A stretch of 64,000 bases of DNA, from assembly GCA_964521265.1 (NCBI GenBank), contig CAZFQY010000001.1:967-64966 (forward strand), given 5' to 3'. The DNA is from an uncultured Clavibacter sp. (GTDB taxonomy: Bacteria; Actinomycetota; Actinomycetes; Nanopelagicales; Nanopelagicaceae). Below are positions 30,828 to 41,857 of the stretch, piece after piece (position 1 is the first letter of the stretch; each line of letters starts with the position of its first letter). Position numbers and translations under genes: made by a program. Below the pieces are notes generated by a model. That model saw only the letters and a program-made list of their open reading frames with translations. It searched no databases and was not told the origin of the DNA.

Positions 30828-31846
30828 AAGAGATCATTGTCCGCTCCGAACACGAGTATCGGGTTTCCTTCACTGATACTTGGCGCAATCAGCTCTCAGC
30901 CATATGTGAGGGTCGCAACTTTTTGATTATCACCCAGGCGGGACTAAGAGATCGGGTCGCTGCAGGAATGCCGGGCGCCAAGATCATCGTCACTCCAGAT
31001 GGTGAAGAGCAAAAGACGATCTCAACCTTCTCCAGATTGTTGCAGGAAGTCGCAGACCTTAATCTCGATAGACAATCGCTAATCATTGGAATTGGTGGGG
31101 GCGCAACCACAGACTTAGCAGGTTTCGTTGCAGCAACGTATATGAGGGGTATCGACTGGGTAGCAATACCTACCTCTGTCGCAGGAATGGTGGATGCCTC
31201 CGTTGGGGGCAAAACTGGAATTAATCTGAGCGCTGGAAAGAATTTAGTTGGCGCATTCCACTCGCCGATCGAGGTAATAGTGGATATGAATTGGTTGGAC
31301 ACACTCGCGCCCCGCGATGTAAAGGCCGGTTTGGCGGAGAGCGTCAAGTGTGGATTCATCTCAGATAAAAGAATCCTTGAGCTTTTTCTAGAAGGTTATG
31401 AAAAGAATCTAAGCGAGATAGTGCATCGGTCCATTGAAGTTAAAGCAATGGTAGTTTCAAAGGATTTCAAGGAAAGTTTCGATCGGGAGGATCTGAACTA
31501 TGGCCACACACTTGGTCATGCAATTGAGCGCCATTCTGGTTATTCATTAAGGCACGGAGAGGCGATATCGATAGGCATGATATTCGCAGCGGAAGTTTCC
31601 CATATCGCTTCGAAACTACCCCTAGAGTCTGTAAAGCTTCATTACGAGATTCTTGGCGCGTTAGATCTTCCTATCTCTTATGAAGTCGATGCGTGGTCGA
31701 ATCTCTTCAACTTTATGACTATGGATAAGAAGCGAAGATCTAGCGCTATTAGATTCGTTACTCTCGAGGGCATCGGGAGAACTGGGCGCGCTGAATTGGA
31801 CTTCAGCGAACTCGAGAGAATCTATAAGGCAAAGGTGGCTCGATAG
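30824..31846 (+). CDS. aroB: 3-dehydroquinate synthase
   Basis: 340 aa. GGGATTDLAGFVAATYMRGI, and the metal ligands within NYGHTLGHAIE. Confidence 0.95.
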   Translation: MKEIIVRSEHEYRVSFTDTWRNQLSAICEGRNFLIITQAGLRDRVAAGMPGAKIIVTPDGEEQKTISTFSRLLQEVADLNLDRQSLIIGIGGGATTDLAGFVAATYMRGIDWVAIPTSVAGMVDASVGGKTGINLSAGKNLVGAFHSPIEVIVDMNWLDTLAPRDVKAGLAESVKCGFISDKRILELFLEGYEKNLSEIVHRSIEVKAMVVSKDFKESFDREDLNYGHTLGHAIERHSGYSLRHGEAISIGMIFAAEVSHIASKLPLESVKLHYEILGALDLPISYEVDAWSNLFNFMTMDKKRRSSAIRFVTLEGIGRTGRAELDFSELERIYKAKVAR

Positions 31847-31849
31847 ACT

Positions 31850-32299
31850 GTGACCATGAAAATCCTCGTCCTGAATGGACCTAACCTAAAGAGATTAGAC
31901 CTTCGCGAATCCAATATCTATGGCGACATTGACTATCAAAAACTCGTTGATTTCATAAACGACTCTGCAAAGAATGAGGGTTTTGATGCGGATATTCGCC
32001 AGAGCGATGATGAAGCGGTTCTGATTGGCTGGCTTCACGAGGCAGCCGATCTCAAACTTCCAGTCATAATTAATCCTGCTGCATTCACGCATTACTCATA
32101 TGCGATTAGAGATGCTGTTTCTATGCTGAAAGCGCCAGTTATCGAAGTGCATATCTCAAACCCCCTAAGCCGGGAAGAGTTTCGCCATACCTCGGTCGTT
32201 TCTGGAGTCGTAAATGGAACCATCGGGGGATTCGGAATGAACTCTTATCGGCTAGCGCTTATCGCCATGAAAGGGCTCGTTAGAGATTTAACGAAATGA
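31850..32299 (+). CDS. aroQ: Type II 3-dehydroquinate dehydratase
   Basis: [12 protein letters not shown] and [16 protein letters not shown] 31856 ([11 protein letters not shown]) is probably the true start; GTG 31850 is the ORF-track start. Confidence 0.95.
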   Translation: MTMKILVLNGPNLKRLDLRESNIYGDIDYQKLVDFINDSAKNEGFDADIRQSDDEAVLIGWLHEAADLKLPVIINPAAFTHYSYAIRDAVSMLKAPVIEVHISNPLSREEFRHTSVVSGVVNGTIGGFGMNSYRLALIAMKGLVRDLTK

Positions 32300-32324
32300 T
32301 GTTCCAGCGGGTACGCTCCGCGCC

Positions 32325-32885
32325 ATGGCAACCACAAATGATCTGAAGAACGGTATGACCCTTGATATTGAAGGCCAGCTCTGGAATGTTGTTGAATTCC
32401 AGCATGTAAAACCAGGCAAAGGTCCGGCGTTCGTCCGAACTAAATTGAAGAATGTGCTTTCGGGAAAAGTCGTGGAGAGAACCTTCAATGCGGGCGTGAA
32501 AGTGGATGTCGCGATACTGGAGAAGCGTGAGATGCAGTTCCTCTATAAGGATAACGCGGGCTATGTGTTCATGGATTCCACAACGTATGACCAAGTAACT
32601 ATCCCAGAAGAGACTGTCGGGGATTCCTCAAACTATTTGCTTGAGAATATGGAAGTTATTGTTGCAATACATGAAGCCAACCCTTTGTATATTGAATTAC
32701 CGCCATCAGTTGCCTTGCGCGTGACCTACACAGAACCAGGATTGCAAGGTGATCGATCCTCTGCAGGATCTAAGCCGGCCACAGTGGAGACGGGAATAAC
32801 TGTTCAAGTTCCACTATTTATTAAACAAGACGAGATGATTCTTATCGATACTCGTTCGGGTGATTACCTCGGTAGAGCCAATTAA
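32325..32885 (+). CDS. efp: Translation elongation factor P
   Basis: 186 aa. [15 protein letters not shown] and [15 protein letters not shown]. Confidence 0.97.
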   Translation: MATTNDLKNGMTLDIEGQLWNVVEFQHVKPGKGPAFVRTKLKNVLSGKVVERTFNAGVKVDVAILEKREMQFLYKDNAGYVFMDSTTYDQVTIPEETVGDSSNYLLENMEVIVAIHEANPLYIELPPSVALRVTYTEPGLQGDRSSAGSKPATVETGITVQVPLFIKQDEMILIDTRSGDYLGRAN

Positions 32886-33296
32886 GTGAGTGCTCGCTCC
32901 AAGGCGCGAAAAGCAGCGCTTGATTTTCTCTACGAAGGAGATATCCGTGGGAGATCAGCAGATGAGCTTCTCCAGACGAGAAAGAATGAACTCGAATATC
33001 TGATTCGTGACTACACAGAGGTCCTCGTCAGAGGAGTAGAGAGCCGACGTAACCGAATCGATGAAATCATTTCGATGCGCGCGAAGGACTGGGATTTGGA
33101 TCGAATGCCAGTAGTGGATCGAAATATCCTGCGAGTTGGCGTATTTGAGCTTCTTTGGGGCGCTGAACTGCCAGAGGAAGTTGCGATTTCGGAATCGGTG
33201 GAACTTGCGAAGACCCTTTCAACGGAAGATTCTGCTACATATATAAATGGCGTATTGGCTGGCATAAGAGAGATTAAGAAGGAGCTTGCACTCTAG
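32886..33296 (+). CDS. nusB: Transcription antitermination factor NusB
   Basis: 136 aa. ARKAALDFLYE, DRMPVVDRNILRVGVFEL, and the conserved efp-nusB order. Confidence 0.93.
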   Translation: MSARSKARKAALDFLYEGDIRGRSADELLQTRKNELEYLIRDYTEVLVRGVESRRNRIDEIISMRAKDWDLDRMPVVDRNILRVGVFELLWGAELPEEVAISESVELAKTLSTEDSATYINGVLAGIREIKKELAL

Positions 33297-33763
33297 TTCT
33301 TGCTTGCGAAGATCAGCCCTCTTTTGTGTAATCCTTCAAGCAGTTCAGTTGAATTTAATCCAACTAAGAGTTGAAGATATTCCAGGTCAATTGCTCGGAT
33401 ACTAAGAACAGTTCCATTTCTATCTCCCCTTTGAAGGGTAATTCTTCCGGCAACTTTTCCAAGGATCTCCGATAATTCATCGGGCAGTCGTCGAGTTTCA
33501 TTTATGGCCTTAAGATCCAGAATGACTCTGCTCTTATCGCAATTGGAGTTTGAGGAACCTAAAGCGGCGATATCGGCGCCGTAGAAATCGCAGAGATCAA
33601 TTGCCCGCTTTAAGCTTAGATGTCTAGTGCCTCGTTCATAAGAACCAACCACGACCGCTTTCCAACTTCCACGACTCTTTATTTCGAGCTGCTTGAGAGT
33701 CAAACCTGCTGCCTCTCGAAGACCCCTTAACCTTTTCAATGCACGAAGATAGGTTGGATCCAT
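33293..33763 (-). CDS. bldD: BldD-like XRE-family transcriptional regulator with a c-di-GMP-binding C-terminal motif
   Basis: The HTH region LTLKQLEIKSRGSWKAVVVGSYERGTRHLSL closely resembles the Streptomyces BldD N-terminus (SQGRWKAVVVGSYERG). The C-terminus carries RGD-RNGTVLSI-RAID, matching RXD-X8-RXXD. Lies between nusB and pyrR, as I recall for Streptomyces. The start at 33763 (MDPTYL...) is preceded by AGGAGAAGGG; the track ORF extends to 33832. Confidence 0.8.
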   Translation of the reverse strand: MDPTYLRALKRLRGLREAAGLTLKQLEIKSRGSWKAVVVGSYERGTRHLSLKRAIDLCDFYGADIAALGSSNSNCDKSRVILDLKAINETRRLPDELSEILGKVAGRITLQRGDRNGTVLSIRAIDLEYLQLLVGLNSTELLEGLHKRGLIFASKN

Positions 33764-33882
33764 CTCAAATCCCTTCTCCTGGTCTCGGAGATTCATGGAG
33801 AACAGGTCGACGAGGGTACGAGGTTCTCTCATTACGCAAGAGATTTATGCACAGCCTGTGAAGATGCGCTAGCATTCGGCAA

Positions 33883-33918
33883 CCTTTAAGAGGCCGTCCA
33901 GAGAGGCGGAAAAGGAAG
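33883..33918 (+). promoter_or_regulatory. PyrR-binding RNA hairpin overlapping the pyrR Shine-Dalgarno sequence
   Basis: CGUCCAGAGAGGCGG (33895-33909) matches the conserved PyrR binding-loop core UCCAGAGAGGC. The inner stem is CCGUC (33894-98) with GGCGG (33905-09). The outer stem is CCUUU (33883-87) with AAAGG (33911-15), and this outer stem covers part of the SD AAGGAAG just upstream of ATG 33923. Confidence 0.75.
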
Positions 33919-33922
33919 TGAT

Positions 33923-34453
33923 ATGTCTGTTGTCTTAGATGAGGCTGAAATTGCCCGGGCGCTTAAACGAATTGCCCATGAGATTATCGAACGAAATAAG
34001 GGTGTCTCAAATCTAGTTCTGCTCGGAATACCTACGCGGGGAGCACATTTAGCTTCTCGTCTCACGAAGATTCTTTCCGCACTCGAAGGCACCGAGATTC
34101 AATCAGGGACGCTAGATACAACTATGTACCGCGACGACCTGCGCAATGCGGCGCCCCGTTCCCTAGGACGAACAGAGTTGCCCCTCAGCGGAGTTCATGA
34201 ACGCGATGTCGTTCTTGTAGATGATGTTCTCTTCTCTGGTAGGACGATTCGGGCTGCATTAGATGCTCTATCGGAGCATGGTCGTCCAAGAACTGTGCAA
34301 CTTGCTGTTTTAATTGATCGCGGACACCGTGAGCTTCCGATACGGGCGGACTACGTTGGTAAAAATCTCCCCACCAATAAGGGCGAGCGAGTACATGTTC
34401 ATATTGCAGAGGTTGACGCAGCCGATGAGGTCCGAATTGAGGGGCGCTCGTGA
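33923..34453 (+). CDS. pyrR: Bifunctional pyrimidine operon regulator / uracil phosphoribosyltransferase PyrR
   Basis: 176 aa. PRPP-binding motif [17 protein letters not shown]. First gene of the pyr operon. Confidence 0.95.
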   Translation: MSVVLDEAEIARALKRIAHEIIERNKGVSNLVLLGIPTRGAHLASRLTKILSALEGTEIQSGTLDTTMYRDDLRNAAPRSLGRTELPLSGVHERDVVLVDDVLFSGRTIRAALDALSEHGRPRTVQLAVLIDRGHRELPIRADYVGKNLPTNKGERVHVHIAEVDAADEVRIEGRS

Positions 34454-35379
34454 GTAAGCATCTCCTCTCGATCGCTGACCTCACAAAGCAAGATGCTGTC
34501 AACATTCTCGATACAGCTGCGGAATTGGCACGGGTTACCGAAACCCCTGTCAAGAAGCTGCCTACTCTCCGCGGTCGCACCATCGTCAACCTATTCTTCG
34601 AAGATTCGACGAGAACAAGAATCTCCTTTGAAGCAGCCGCAAAAAGATTATCCGCCGATGTCATTAATTTTTCGGCTAAAGGTTCATCGCTAAGTAAAGG
34701 GGAGAGCCTTAAAGACACAGCGCTGACTCTGCAGGCTATGGGCGCAGATGGAGTTGTAATCCGCCATCCAGCCTCCGGGGCTGCTCATCGACTCGCCTCA
34801 CAACGTTGGATGAGCGGCTCAGTGATAAATGCAGGAGATGGAACGCATGAACATCCAACGCAGGCGCTCTTGGACGCTTTCACTATTCGAGAGAGATTAA
34901 AGGAATCAAAGGGCGATCTAGCCGGTTTGCGTGTTGCAATTATTGGCGATGTTCTTCACTCTAGAGTCGCAAGAAGCAATGTTTTACTCCTTAAGAAATT
35001 AGGAGCATTTGTAACCTTGATTGCACCCCCAACACTTTTGCCAGTCTCCGTTGATAAATGGGGGGTTGAGATTCGCTATTCCTTTGACGAGGATCTTGAA
35101 GCTTTTGACGTTGTGATGATGCTCAGAGTACAGAGGGAGCGAATGGATGATGCTTTCTTTCCTAGCGAGCGAGAATATTCCAGGCTATATGGGCTCAATA
35201 GCTCCCGACTCCAGGCTCTCTCCTCAAGATGCATCGTTATGCATCCCGGACCGATGAACCGAGGACTGGAAATTTCGGCTGAATCTGCCGACAGCAGAAA
35301 TTCAGTTATTGTCGATCAAGTAAAGAATGGTGTGGCAGTCAGAATGGCAACTCTATATCTTCTTCTGGGGGGCGAATGA
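34450..35379 (+). CDS. pyrB: Aspartate carbamoyltransferase catalytic subunit
   Basis: 309 aa. [31 protein letters not shown] overlap with pyrR. Confidence 0.96.
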   Translation: MSKHLLSIADLTKQDAVNILDTAAELARVTETPVKKLPTLRGRTIVNLFFEDSTRTRISFEAAAKRLSADVINFSAKGSSLSKGESLKDTALTLQAMGADGVVIRHPASGAAHRLASQRWMSGSVINAGDGTHEHPTQALLDAFTIRERLKESKGDLAGLRVAIIGDVLHSRVARSNVLLLKKLGAFVTLIAPPTLLPVSVDKWGVEIRYSFDEDLEAFDVVMMLRVQRERMDDAFFPSEREYSRLYGLNSSRLQALSSRCIVMHPGPMNRGLEISAESADSRNSVIVDQVKNGVAVRMATLYLLLGGE

Positions 35380-36638
35380 AATACCTACTAGAAAATCTGC
35401 GTAGCCTTAAAGGCAAAGAGGTGAGTCTTGCGGTTGTAGATGGAATCTTTACTGAGCCAGGTGAAGCCACGTCGGATTGGGAGCGAATTGATGGTGGAGG
35501 TTTTACAGCCATCCCCGGTCTTGTAGATCTACATACTCATCTTCGCGAGCCAGGAAAGGAGGATGCTGAAACAGTTCTAACTGGGTCGAATGCAGCCGTA
35601 GCTGGTGGCTACACCGCGATTTCTGCCATGCCGAATACGAATCCGATCGCTGATACAGCTGGGGTTGTCGAGCAGGTCTTTAGATTAGGCAGAAGTCATG
35701 CGGTGTGTGATGTGTTTCCAATTGGCGCTGTGACACTGGGACAACAAGGTAACTCGCTCTCAGAGATGGGTGCCATGAATCAATCGGAAGCAAAGGTCCG
35801 CATTTTCAGCGATGATGGACACTGCGTTTGGGATTCGTTGGTGATGCGTAGAGCTCTCGAGTATGTGAAGTCATTTGATGGCTTGATTGCACAGCATGCC
35901 CAAGATCCGAGGTTGACCCAAGGCTCCCAGATGAATGAGGGCGAGGTATCAGCTCTACTTGGTCTGAAAGGTTGGCCTGCTGCTGCAGAAGAATCAATCA
36001 TCGCTAGAGATATTCTCTTAAATGAACATGTTGGAAGTCGCCTTCACATCTGCCATCTCACAACCGGTGGCGGTGTTGAATTGATCAGATGGGCGAAGAA
36101 GCGTGGAATCTCTGTCACAGCTGAGGTAACGCCTCATCACCTGTTGTTAACAGATGAGCTAGCACGCTCATATGACCCCGTTTATAAGGTTAATCCTCCA
36201 TTGCGAACGGAGCGCGATGTCATGGCGTTACGCGAGGGTGTGGCCGATGGAACCATAGATATCATCGCAACCGATCACGCGCCGCATCCAACTGAAGATA
36301 AAGAATGTGAATGGGCTGCAGCTGCGTTCGGAATGATTGGATTAGAGACTGCTCTATCTGTCTCATATAAGGCGCTTGTCGAGAGCGGTCTAATGAGTCT
36401 TGAGAATTTAATCGAACGTATGTCTGTAGCTCCAGCTCGGATTGCTGGGTACGAGGGCCATGGTTCTCTTGATGTCGGAAGTGAAGCCAATTTCACACTC
36501 ATTGATCTAGCTGGTAGCTGGCGGGTCGATGGCAGTGAGATTCGCTCGAAGAGTAAGAATTCCCCATACCTAGGGATGGAACTTCCTGTTACGGTGAAGC
36601 AGACATTTCTTCGAGGCAAGGAGGTTTTCAAAGGATGA
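35376..36638 (+). CDS. pyrC: Dihydroorotase
   Basis: 420 aa. [10 protein letters not shown] and ATDHAPH amidohydrolase motifs. ATGA overlap with pyrB. Confidence 0.94.
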   Translation: MKYLLENLRSLKGKEVSLAVVDGIFTEPGEATSDWERIDGGGFTAIPGLVDLHTHLREPGKEDAETVLTGSNAAVAGGYTAISAMPNTNPIADTAGVVEQVFRLGRSHAVCDVFPIGAVTLGQQGNSLSEMGAMNQSEAKVRIFSDDGHCVWDSLVMRRALEYVKSFDGLIAQHAQDPRLTQGSQMNEGEVSALLGLKGWPAAAEESIIARDILLNEHVGSRLHICHLTTGGGVELIRWAKKRGISVTAEVTPHHLLLTDELARSYDPVYKVNPPLRTERDVMALREGVADGTIDIIATDHAPHPTEDKECEWAAAAFGMIGLETALSVSYKALVESGLMSLENLIERMSVAPARIAGYEGHGSLDVGSEANFTLIDLAGSWRVDGSEIRSKSKNSPYLGMELPVTVKQTFLRGKEVFKG

Positions 36639-37762
36639 CCCTCTCCAGTCCATCCGGTTACTTGGTCCTCGATGATGGGACGGTCTTTGAAGGCGATGCC
36701 TGGGGGGCTGAAGGCGAAGCCTTTGGAGAGATCGTCTTCACGACGGGGATGACCGGTTACCAGGAAACCTTGACTGACCCGTCGTACTTCAATCAGGTAG
36801 TTGTTATGACAGCGCCTCACATTGGAAACACCGGAATGAATCATGAAGATGAGGAGTCTCGGCGGATCTGGGTAAGCGGATTTGTTGTGCGTGATCCTTC
36901 ACCACTCGTATCGAACTGGCGTTCGGAGAGCACTCTTGAGGGTGAGTTAAAGCGTTTTGGCGTGGTTGGTTTATCTGGAGTAGATACGAGAGCAATCACT
37001 TTACATATTCGCGAACGAGGCGCTATGCGTGTAGGAATTTTCACGCGTCGTGATTTAAACCGTGAAGAGATGGTCACAAAAGTTCGCAACATCCCACAGA
37101 TGGCTGGAGCTTATTTAGCTGACGCCGTATCGGTTCCCAAGAGCGAGGTTATTGCGGCGCAAGGAACTAGACATTTCCGTGTAGCGGCTTTAGATCTCGG
37201 AATTAAAGCTGCCACACCTAAGAATTTTGCAATTCGTGGGGTCGAAACCCACTTACTACCGGTCAACACAGATTTCGAAACGATTAAGAGCGGTGGATTC
37301 GACGGGGTCTTTCTTTCTAACGGACCGGGTGATCCATCAACTATGAATGATGTAATCGCAACCGTACGAAGCGTCCTTGATGCAGAGATTCCTATCTTTG
37401 GCATCTGTTTCGGACATCAGATTCTTGGTAGGGCGCTTGGCTTCGATACATACAAACTCCGATTCGGTCACCGTGGCATCAACCAACCAGTCCTAAATCG
37501 TTTAAAGAATCGAGTGGAAATTACCGCGCACAATCACGGCTTTGCCGTCGAAGCGCCCACTGAAGGGGAGTTCTCAACGGTGTACGGGAGCGGAATTGTT
37601 TCGCATACCAACCTAAACGACGGCGTAGTTGAAGGTTTAAAGTTGTTACAACGTCCAGCATTCTCCGTCCAGTATCACCCTGAAGCTGCCGGCGGCCCGC
37701 ATGATGCCAATTACCTTTTTGATGAGTTTGTAGAGATGTTGGCGAGATATGCCAAGAGATAA
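36635..37762 (+). CDS. carA: Carbamoyl-phosphate synthase small (glutaminase) subunit
   Basis: 375 aa. [12 protein letters not shown], catalytic GICFGHQ, QYHPEA. Confidence 0.96.
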   Translation: MTLSSPSGYLVLDDGTVFEGDAWGAEGEAFGEIVFTTGMTGYQETLTDPSYFNQVVVMTAPHIGNTGMNHEDEESRRIWVSGFVVRDPSPLVSNWRSESTLEGELKRFGVVGLSGVDTRAITLHIRERGAMRVGIFTRRDLNREEMVTKVRNIPQMAGAYLADAVSVPKSEVIAAQGTRHFRVAALDLGIKAATPKNFAIRGVETHLLPVNTDFETIKSGGFDGVFLSNGPGDPSTMNDVIATVRSVLDAEIPIFGICFGHQILGRALGFDTYKLRFGHRGINQPVLNRLKNRVEITAHNHGFAVEAPTEGEFSTVYGSGIVSHTNLNDGVVEGLKLLQRPAFSVQYHPEAAGGPHDANYLFDEFVEMLARYAKR

Positions 37763-40700
37763 TTCCATTCAGAGCGTTCTGGTTATTGGTAGCGGTCCAA
37801 TAGTCATCGGACAGGCCTGCGAATTCGATTATTCAGGAACCCAGGCGTGTAGAGTCCTGAGAGCCGAAGGGGTTCGAGTAATTCTCGTGAACAGTAACCC
37901 AGCAACAATAATGACTGATCCTGAGTTCGCGGATGCAACCTATATTGAACCAATCACTCCAGAATATTTAGAGTCGATAATCGCAAGGGAACGACCAGAT
38001 GCGATTCTCGCAACCCTTGGGGGCCAGACGGCTCTTAACGCTGCCATGAAATTGGATGAACTAGGAATTTTGAAGAAATACGCCGTGCGCCTTATTGGAG
38101 CCGACATACCGGCGATTAAACGCGGTGAGAATCGTGAAGAATTTAGAAGCATTGTCGAGAAAGTAGGTGGCGAGTCTGCTCGATCCATCATCTGCCACAG
38201 TATCGATGAATGTCTTGCGGCTACCACGAGCCTGAATTACCCAGTAGTTGTACGTCCCTCATTCACTATGGGTGGATTGGGGAGCGGGATCGCTTACAAC
38301 GAGTCTGAACTCAGATTGATCGCGGGTGCAGGTTTGCAATATAGCCCGGTCACCGAAGTACTACTTGAGGAGTCGATCATCGGATGGAAAGAGTATGAAC
38401 TTGAAGTAATGCGCGATCACAAGGATAACGTAGTGATTGTTTGTAGCATTGAAAATGTTGATCCAATGGGGGTCCATACGGGGGATTCGATTACTGTCGC
38501 ACCGGCTCTCACGCTAACTGACGTTGAATTCCAGAAATTGCGAGACCTTGCGATATCAATTATTCGCGAAGTGGGAGTGGCAACCGGTGGTTGCAACATC
38601 CAATTTGCAGTAAACCCAAAGGATGGACGGATTGTTGTTATAGAGATGAATCCGCGCGTTTCGAGAAGTAGCGCCCTTGCTTCGAAAGCCACAGGTTTTC
38701 CGATCGCCAAGATAGCTACGAAGTTGGCGATTGGCTACTCACTCGATGAGATACCGAACGATATAACTGAAAAGACGCCCGCTTCTTTTGAGCCGACCCT
38801 AGATTACATCGTGGTCAAGATTCCGCGTTTTGCTTTCGAAAAATTCCCTGAGGCTGATCAAAGGCTCACCACCACTATGAAGAGCGTAGGTGAAGCGATG
38901 GCGATGGGAAGGTCTTTTCCGGAGGCGCTTCAAAAGGCTCTCCGTTCTCTTGAGAAGAAGGGATCGGAATTTAGTTGGGCTATCTCTCGATCTAAGGATG
39001 AACTGCTTGAATCAATGAAGACGCCGACAGAGTTCAGGCTTCAGGAAGTTCAACAAGGTCTAGGGCTCGGGCTATCCATTGATGAGGTCCACATTGCTAC
39101 TGGTATTGATCCTTGGTTCCTTTCCCAAATCGAATTGATTAATCGGATGGCGACCGAGTTGAAAGATTCTGCAGATCTAACTCCGGAGCTAATGCGCCGA
39201 GCAAAGCGGATGGGCTTCTCAGATCGACAGATTGCCAGTTTGCGGGGGATTCAGGAGTCTGAAGTTCGTTCGCAACGTTGGCGTACCGGCGTCCGGCCAG
39301 TGTATAAAACCGTGGATACCTGCGCTGGTGAGTTTGAAGCTTTTACTCCCTATCACTATTCAACTTACGACCTCACAAGTGAGGTTAAACCAAGGAGTAA
39401 GCCGGCAATAATCATCTTAGGAAGTGGGCCAAATCGCATTGGCCAGGGAATTGAATTCGATTATTCGTGCGTTCACGCCTGCTTCGCACTAAGTGCGGCA
39501 GGTTTTGAGACGATCATGATCAATTGCAATCCGGAGACAGTTTCCACGGATTACGACACTTCCGATCGACTTTATTTTGAACCATTGACCCTAGAAGACG
39601 TTCTTGAGGTTTATCAAGCTGAAGTTGCTGCAGGACCAGTGATTGGAGTCATCACTCAGTTAGGTGGTCAAACTCCGCTCGGATTGGCATCAGGACTAGC
39701 AAATGAAGGTGTTCCCATCCTTGGAACCTCAGTAACAGCGATCAACAACGCTGAAGATCGTGGTGAATTCGGAGAGATCTTGAGATCAACGGGTTTGAAT
39801 GCTCCGAAGTTTGGAACGGCATTCTCTTTCACTGAGGCAAAGAGGGTGGCGGCTGATATCGGGTATCCGGTGCTAGTTCGACCATCATTCGTTCTCGGCG
39901 GACGCGGAATGGAGATAGTTTATGATGAAGCATCTCTTCAGGGCTTTATTGAGAAGGCAACGGAGATCAACCCTGAACATCCAGTTCTGATTGATTCATT
40001 CCTTGATAACGCATTAGAGATTGATGTCGACGCCCTCTACGATGGCCAGAACATGTATCTCGCGGGAATCATGGAACACATTGAAGAGGCAGGTGTGCAT
40101 TCTGGAGACTCAGCATGCGTTATCCCTCCACAATCTATAAGTGAGGAAATGATCAGCCAAATCCTTGAAACTACCGAGAAGCTTGCCGAGGCAATCGGAG
40201 TAAGAGGGCTTCTAAATGTTCAATATGCGATAAGTGAAGATGAGCTATACGTTCTAGAGGCGAATCCTCGAGCATCTCGAACTGTCCCATATGTAAGTAA
40301 GGCCACAGGTGTTAGCCTCGCTAAGGCAGCTTCTTTGATTGCAGCAGGTAGAAGTATCGAAGATTTACGCGCTGCGAGTATTCTTCCCAAAGAGAAAATG
40401 GGAATTAGCAAGGGTATTGCGGTGAAAGAAGCGGTCTTGCCCTGGAACCGCTTTAGACGAATTGATGGAAAGAGCGTTGACTCCGTCCTCGGTCCTGAGA
40501 TGAAGTCCACCGGAGAAGTAATGGGAATATCTGATGACTTCGGTACAGCCTTCGCCAAATCGCAGATTGCAGCGTTCGGTCCACTACCGCGAACTGGCAA
40601 GGTTTTCGTATCTCTCTCCGATAAAGATAAAAAGCAGGCGGTTTCGTCCGCACGAGCTCTTCATGAATTAGGCTTCGAACTCTTTGCGACATCTGGCACT

Positions 40701-41000
40701 AGAGATGCACTTGCGTCACAGGGGATAGCCTCACACCTAGTCGTGAAGCATTCGGAGAAGACCGTCAGTACGGAGAAATCTGCGGTAGATCTGATTGAAA
40801 CCGGTGAGATTGATTTAGTTATCAACACACCTTTCGGCCGAGACTCGAGGAAAGATGGTTGGTTTATTCGAAGCGCAGCGATCGCTCGGGGAATTCCATG
40901 TATCACCACGATCCCTGGTTTCCGGGCTGCTGTCGCTGGGATCAGAGCTCTCCAGGACGGAACACCTACGACTAAGTCACTACAGGATTGGACCCTTTGA
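37749..41000 (+). CDS. carB: Carbamoyl-phosphate synthase large subunit
   Basis: 1083 aa. Duplicated ATP-grasp halves ([17 protein letters not shown] and [16 protein letters not shown]) and an MGS-like C-terminal domain. 14-nt overlap with carA. Confidence 0.98.
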   Translation: MPRDNSIQSVLVIGSGPIVIGQACEFDYSGTQACRVLRAEGVRVILVNSNPATIMTDPEFADATYIEPITPEYLESIIARERPDAILATLGGQTALNAAMKLDELGILKKYAVRLIGADIPAIKRGENREEFRSIVEKVGGESARSIICHSIDECLAATTSLNYPVVVRPSFTMGGLGSGIAYNESELRLIAGAGLQYSPVTEVLLEESIIGWKEYELEVMRDHKDNVVIVCSIENVDPMGVHTGDSITVAPALTLTDVEFQKLRDLAISIIREVGVATGGCNIQFAVNPKDGRIVVIEMNPRVSRSSALASKATGFPIAKIATKLAIGYSLDEIPNDITEKTPASFEPTLDYIVVKIPRFAFEKFPEADQRLTTTMKSVGEAMAMGRSFPEALQKALRSLEKKGSEFSWAISRSKDELLESMKTPTEFRLQEVQQGLGLGLSIDEVHIATGIDPWFLSQIELINRMATELKDSADLTPELMRRAKRMGFSDRQIASLRGIQESEVRSQRWRTGVRPVYKTVDTCAGEFEAFTPYHYSTYDLTSEVKPRSKPAIIILGSGPNRIGQGIEFDYSCVHACFALSAAGFETIMINCNPETVSTDYDTSDRLYFEPLTLEDVLEVYQAEVAAGPVIGVITQLGGQTPLGLASGLANEGVPILGTSVTAINNAEDRGEFGEILRSTGLNAPKFGTAFSFTEAKRVAADIGYPVLVRPSFVLGGRGMEIVYDEASLQGFIEKATEINPEHPVLIDSFLDNALEIDVDALYDGQNMYLAGIMEHIEEAGVHSGDSACVIPPQSISEEMISQILETTEKLAEAIGVRGLLNVQYAISEDELYVLEANPRASRTVPYVSKATGVSLAKAASLIAAGRSIEDLRAASILPKEKMGISKGIAVKEAVLPWNRFRRIDGKSVDSVLGPEMKSTGEVMGISDDFGTAFAKSQIAAFGPLPRTGKVFVSLSDKDKKQAVSSARALHELGFELFATSGTRDALASQGIASHLVVKHSEKTVSTEKSAVDLIETGEIDLVINTPFGRDSRKDGWFIRSAAIARGIPCITTIPGFRAAVAGIRALQDGTPTTKSLQDWTL

Positions 41001-41857
41001 TGAATATAAATTCGAAGGCAATCCAGAAGAGCGTCGAGGTGCTCTCCAATAAGAAGGTTGGCTCTTATCATCATATGGTCTTTTCAGTAGGCGAGATGGC
41101 CTTACATGCAAAACCTGGAAATTTCGTAGCCATTTCTGTCGGCGGAGCATCTTCCGCGATGGTACTGCGAAGAGCCTTTGCTATTTATCGAGCAAGTGAT
41201 CGAGGAAATTACGGCGGAACAGTTGAGCTCGTTGTCGCAGCTCATGGATCCGGGAGTAAATGGTTAAGTGAACGCGCAATTCATGATCGGGTTGACATGG
41301 TTGGCCCGCTGGGGACCGCTTTTGGTATCCCAACCGAACCAGTAAATGCCCTCTTAGTTGGAGGCGGATACGGTTCAGCGCCGCTCTTTGGATTGGCAGA
41401 GGTTCTAAAGCAGCGTGGTTGTCGGGTAGATATTGTGTTGGGCGCTTCAAATGCCAACAAGATCTATGCCCCACTTGAAGGGAAACGTTCAGTCAATACG
41501 ATGACGCTAACGACTGAGGATGGTGGAGCAGGAATTAAAGGGCGTGTGACTGACGTCCTTCCGCAGCTGATCGATAAGTACTCAACCGAAATCATTTACT
41601 CCTGTGGCCCGATGGGAATGTTGGAGGCTGTAGATAAAGTCGCACAATCCTCGGGTGTGCTGCATCAGTGTGCAGTCGAGGAGTCCATGGCGTGTGGCAT
41701 CGGGGTCTGTATGACCTGCGTGATTCCGCTTCGAGACGAAGCTGGTGTAATCAAGATGCAGCGAAGTTGCATTGAAGGCCCTGTTGTCGACGGAAGTAAG
41801 GTCGTTTGGGGGAATAGACGAACGGTTCCACAAGGAACTTGGGGATCTAACCAATGA
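41000..41857 (+). CDS. pyrK: Dihydroorotate dehydrogenase (class 1B) electron-transfer subunit
   Basis: FAD/NAD-binding ferredoxin-reductase fold (RAFAIY, GGGYGSAPL). C-terminal 2Fe-2S ligands CAVEESMACGIGVCMTC. The ATG at 41000 overlaps the carB stop; an alternative TTG lies at 40988. Confidence 0.85.
   Translation: MNINSKAIQKSVEVLSNKKVGSYHHMVFSVGEMALHAKPGNFVAISVGGASSAMVLRRAFAIYRASDRGNYGGTVELVVAAHGSGSKWLSERAIHDRVDMVGPLGTAFGIPTEPVNALLVGGGYGSAPLFGLAEVLKQRGCRVDIVLGASNANKIYAPLEGKRSVNTMTLTTEDGGAGIKGRVTDVLPQLIDKYSTEIIYSCGPMGMLEAVDKVAQSSGVLHQCAVEESMACGIGVCMTCVIPLRDEAGVIKMQRSCIEGPVVDGSKVVWGNRRTVPQGTWGSNQ

Noticed and set aside
33764-33882. A search for a BldD-box-like palindrome (TNACNC[A/T]GNGTNA) in the bldD-pyrR divergent spacer, as a sign of autoregulation.
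   Set aside because: I found no convincing match by eye. The nearest segment (TTACGCAAGAG) breaks the consensus at several positions.
34185-34718. A 177-aa minus-strand ORF spanning the pyrR/pyrB junction. Similar antisense ORFs lie at 36275-36844 (189 aa), 30889-31359 (156 aa), 49604-50104 (166 aa) and 18256-18726 (156 aa).
   Set aside because: All are embedded antisense in highly conserved housekeeping genes and lack recognisable domains. Such long antisense frames are common opposite real genes of this composition.
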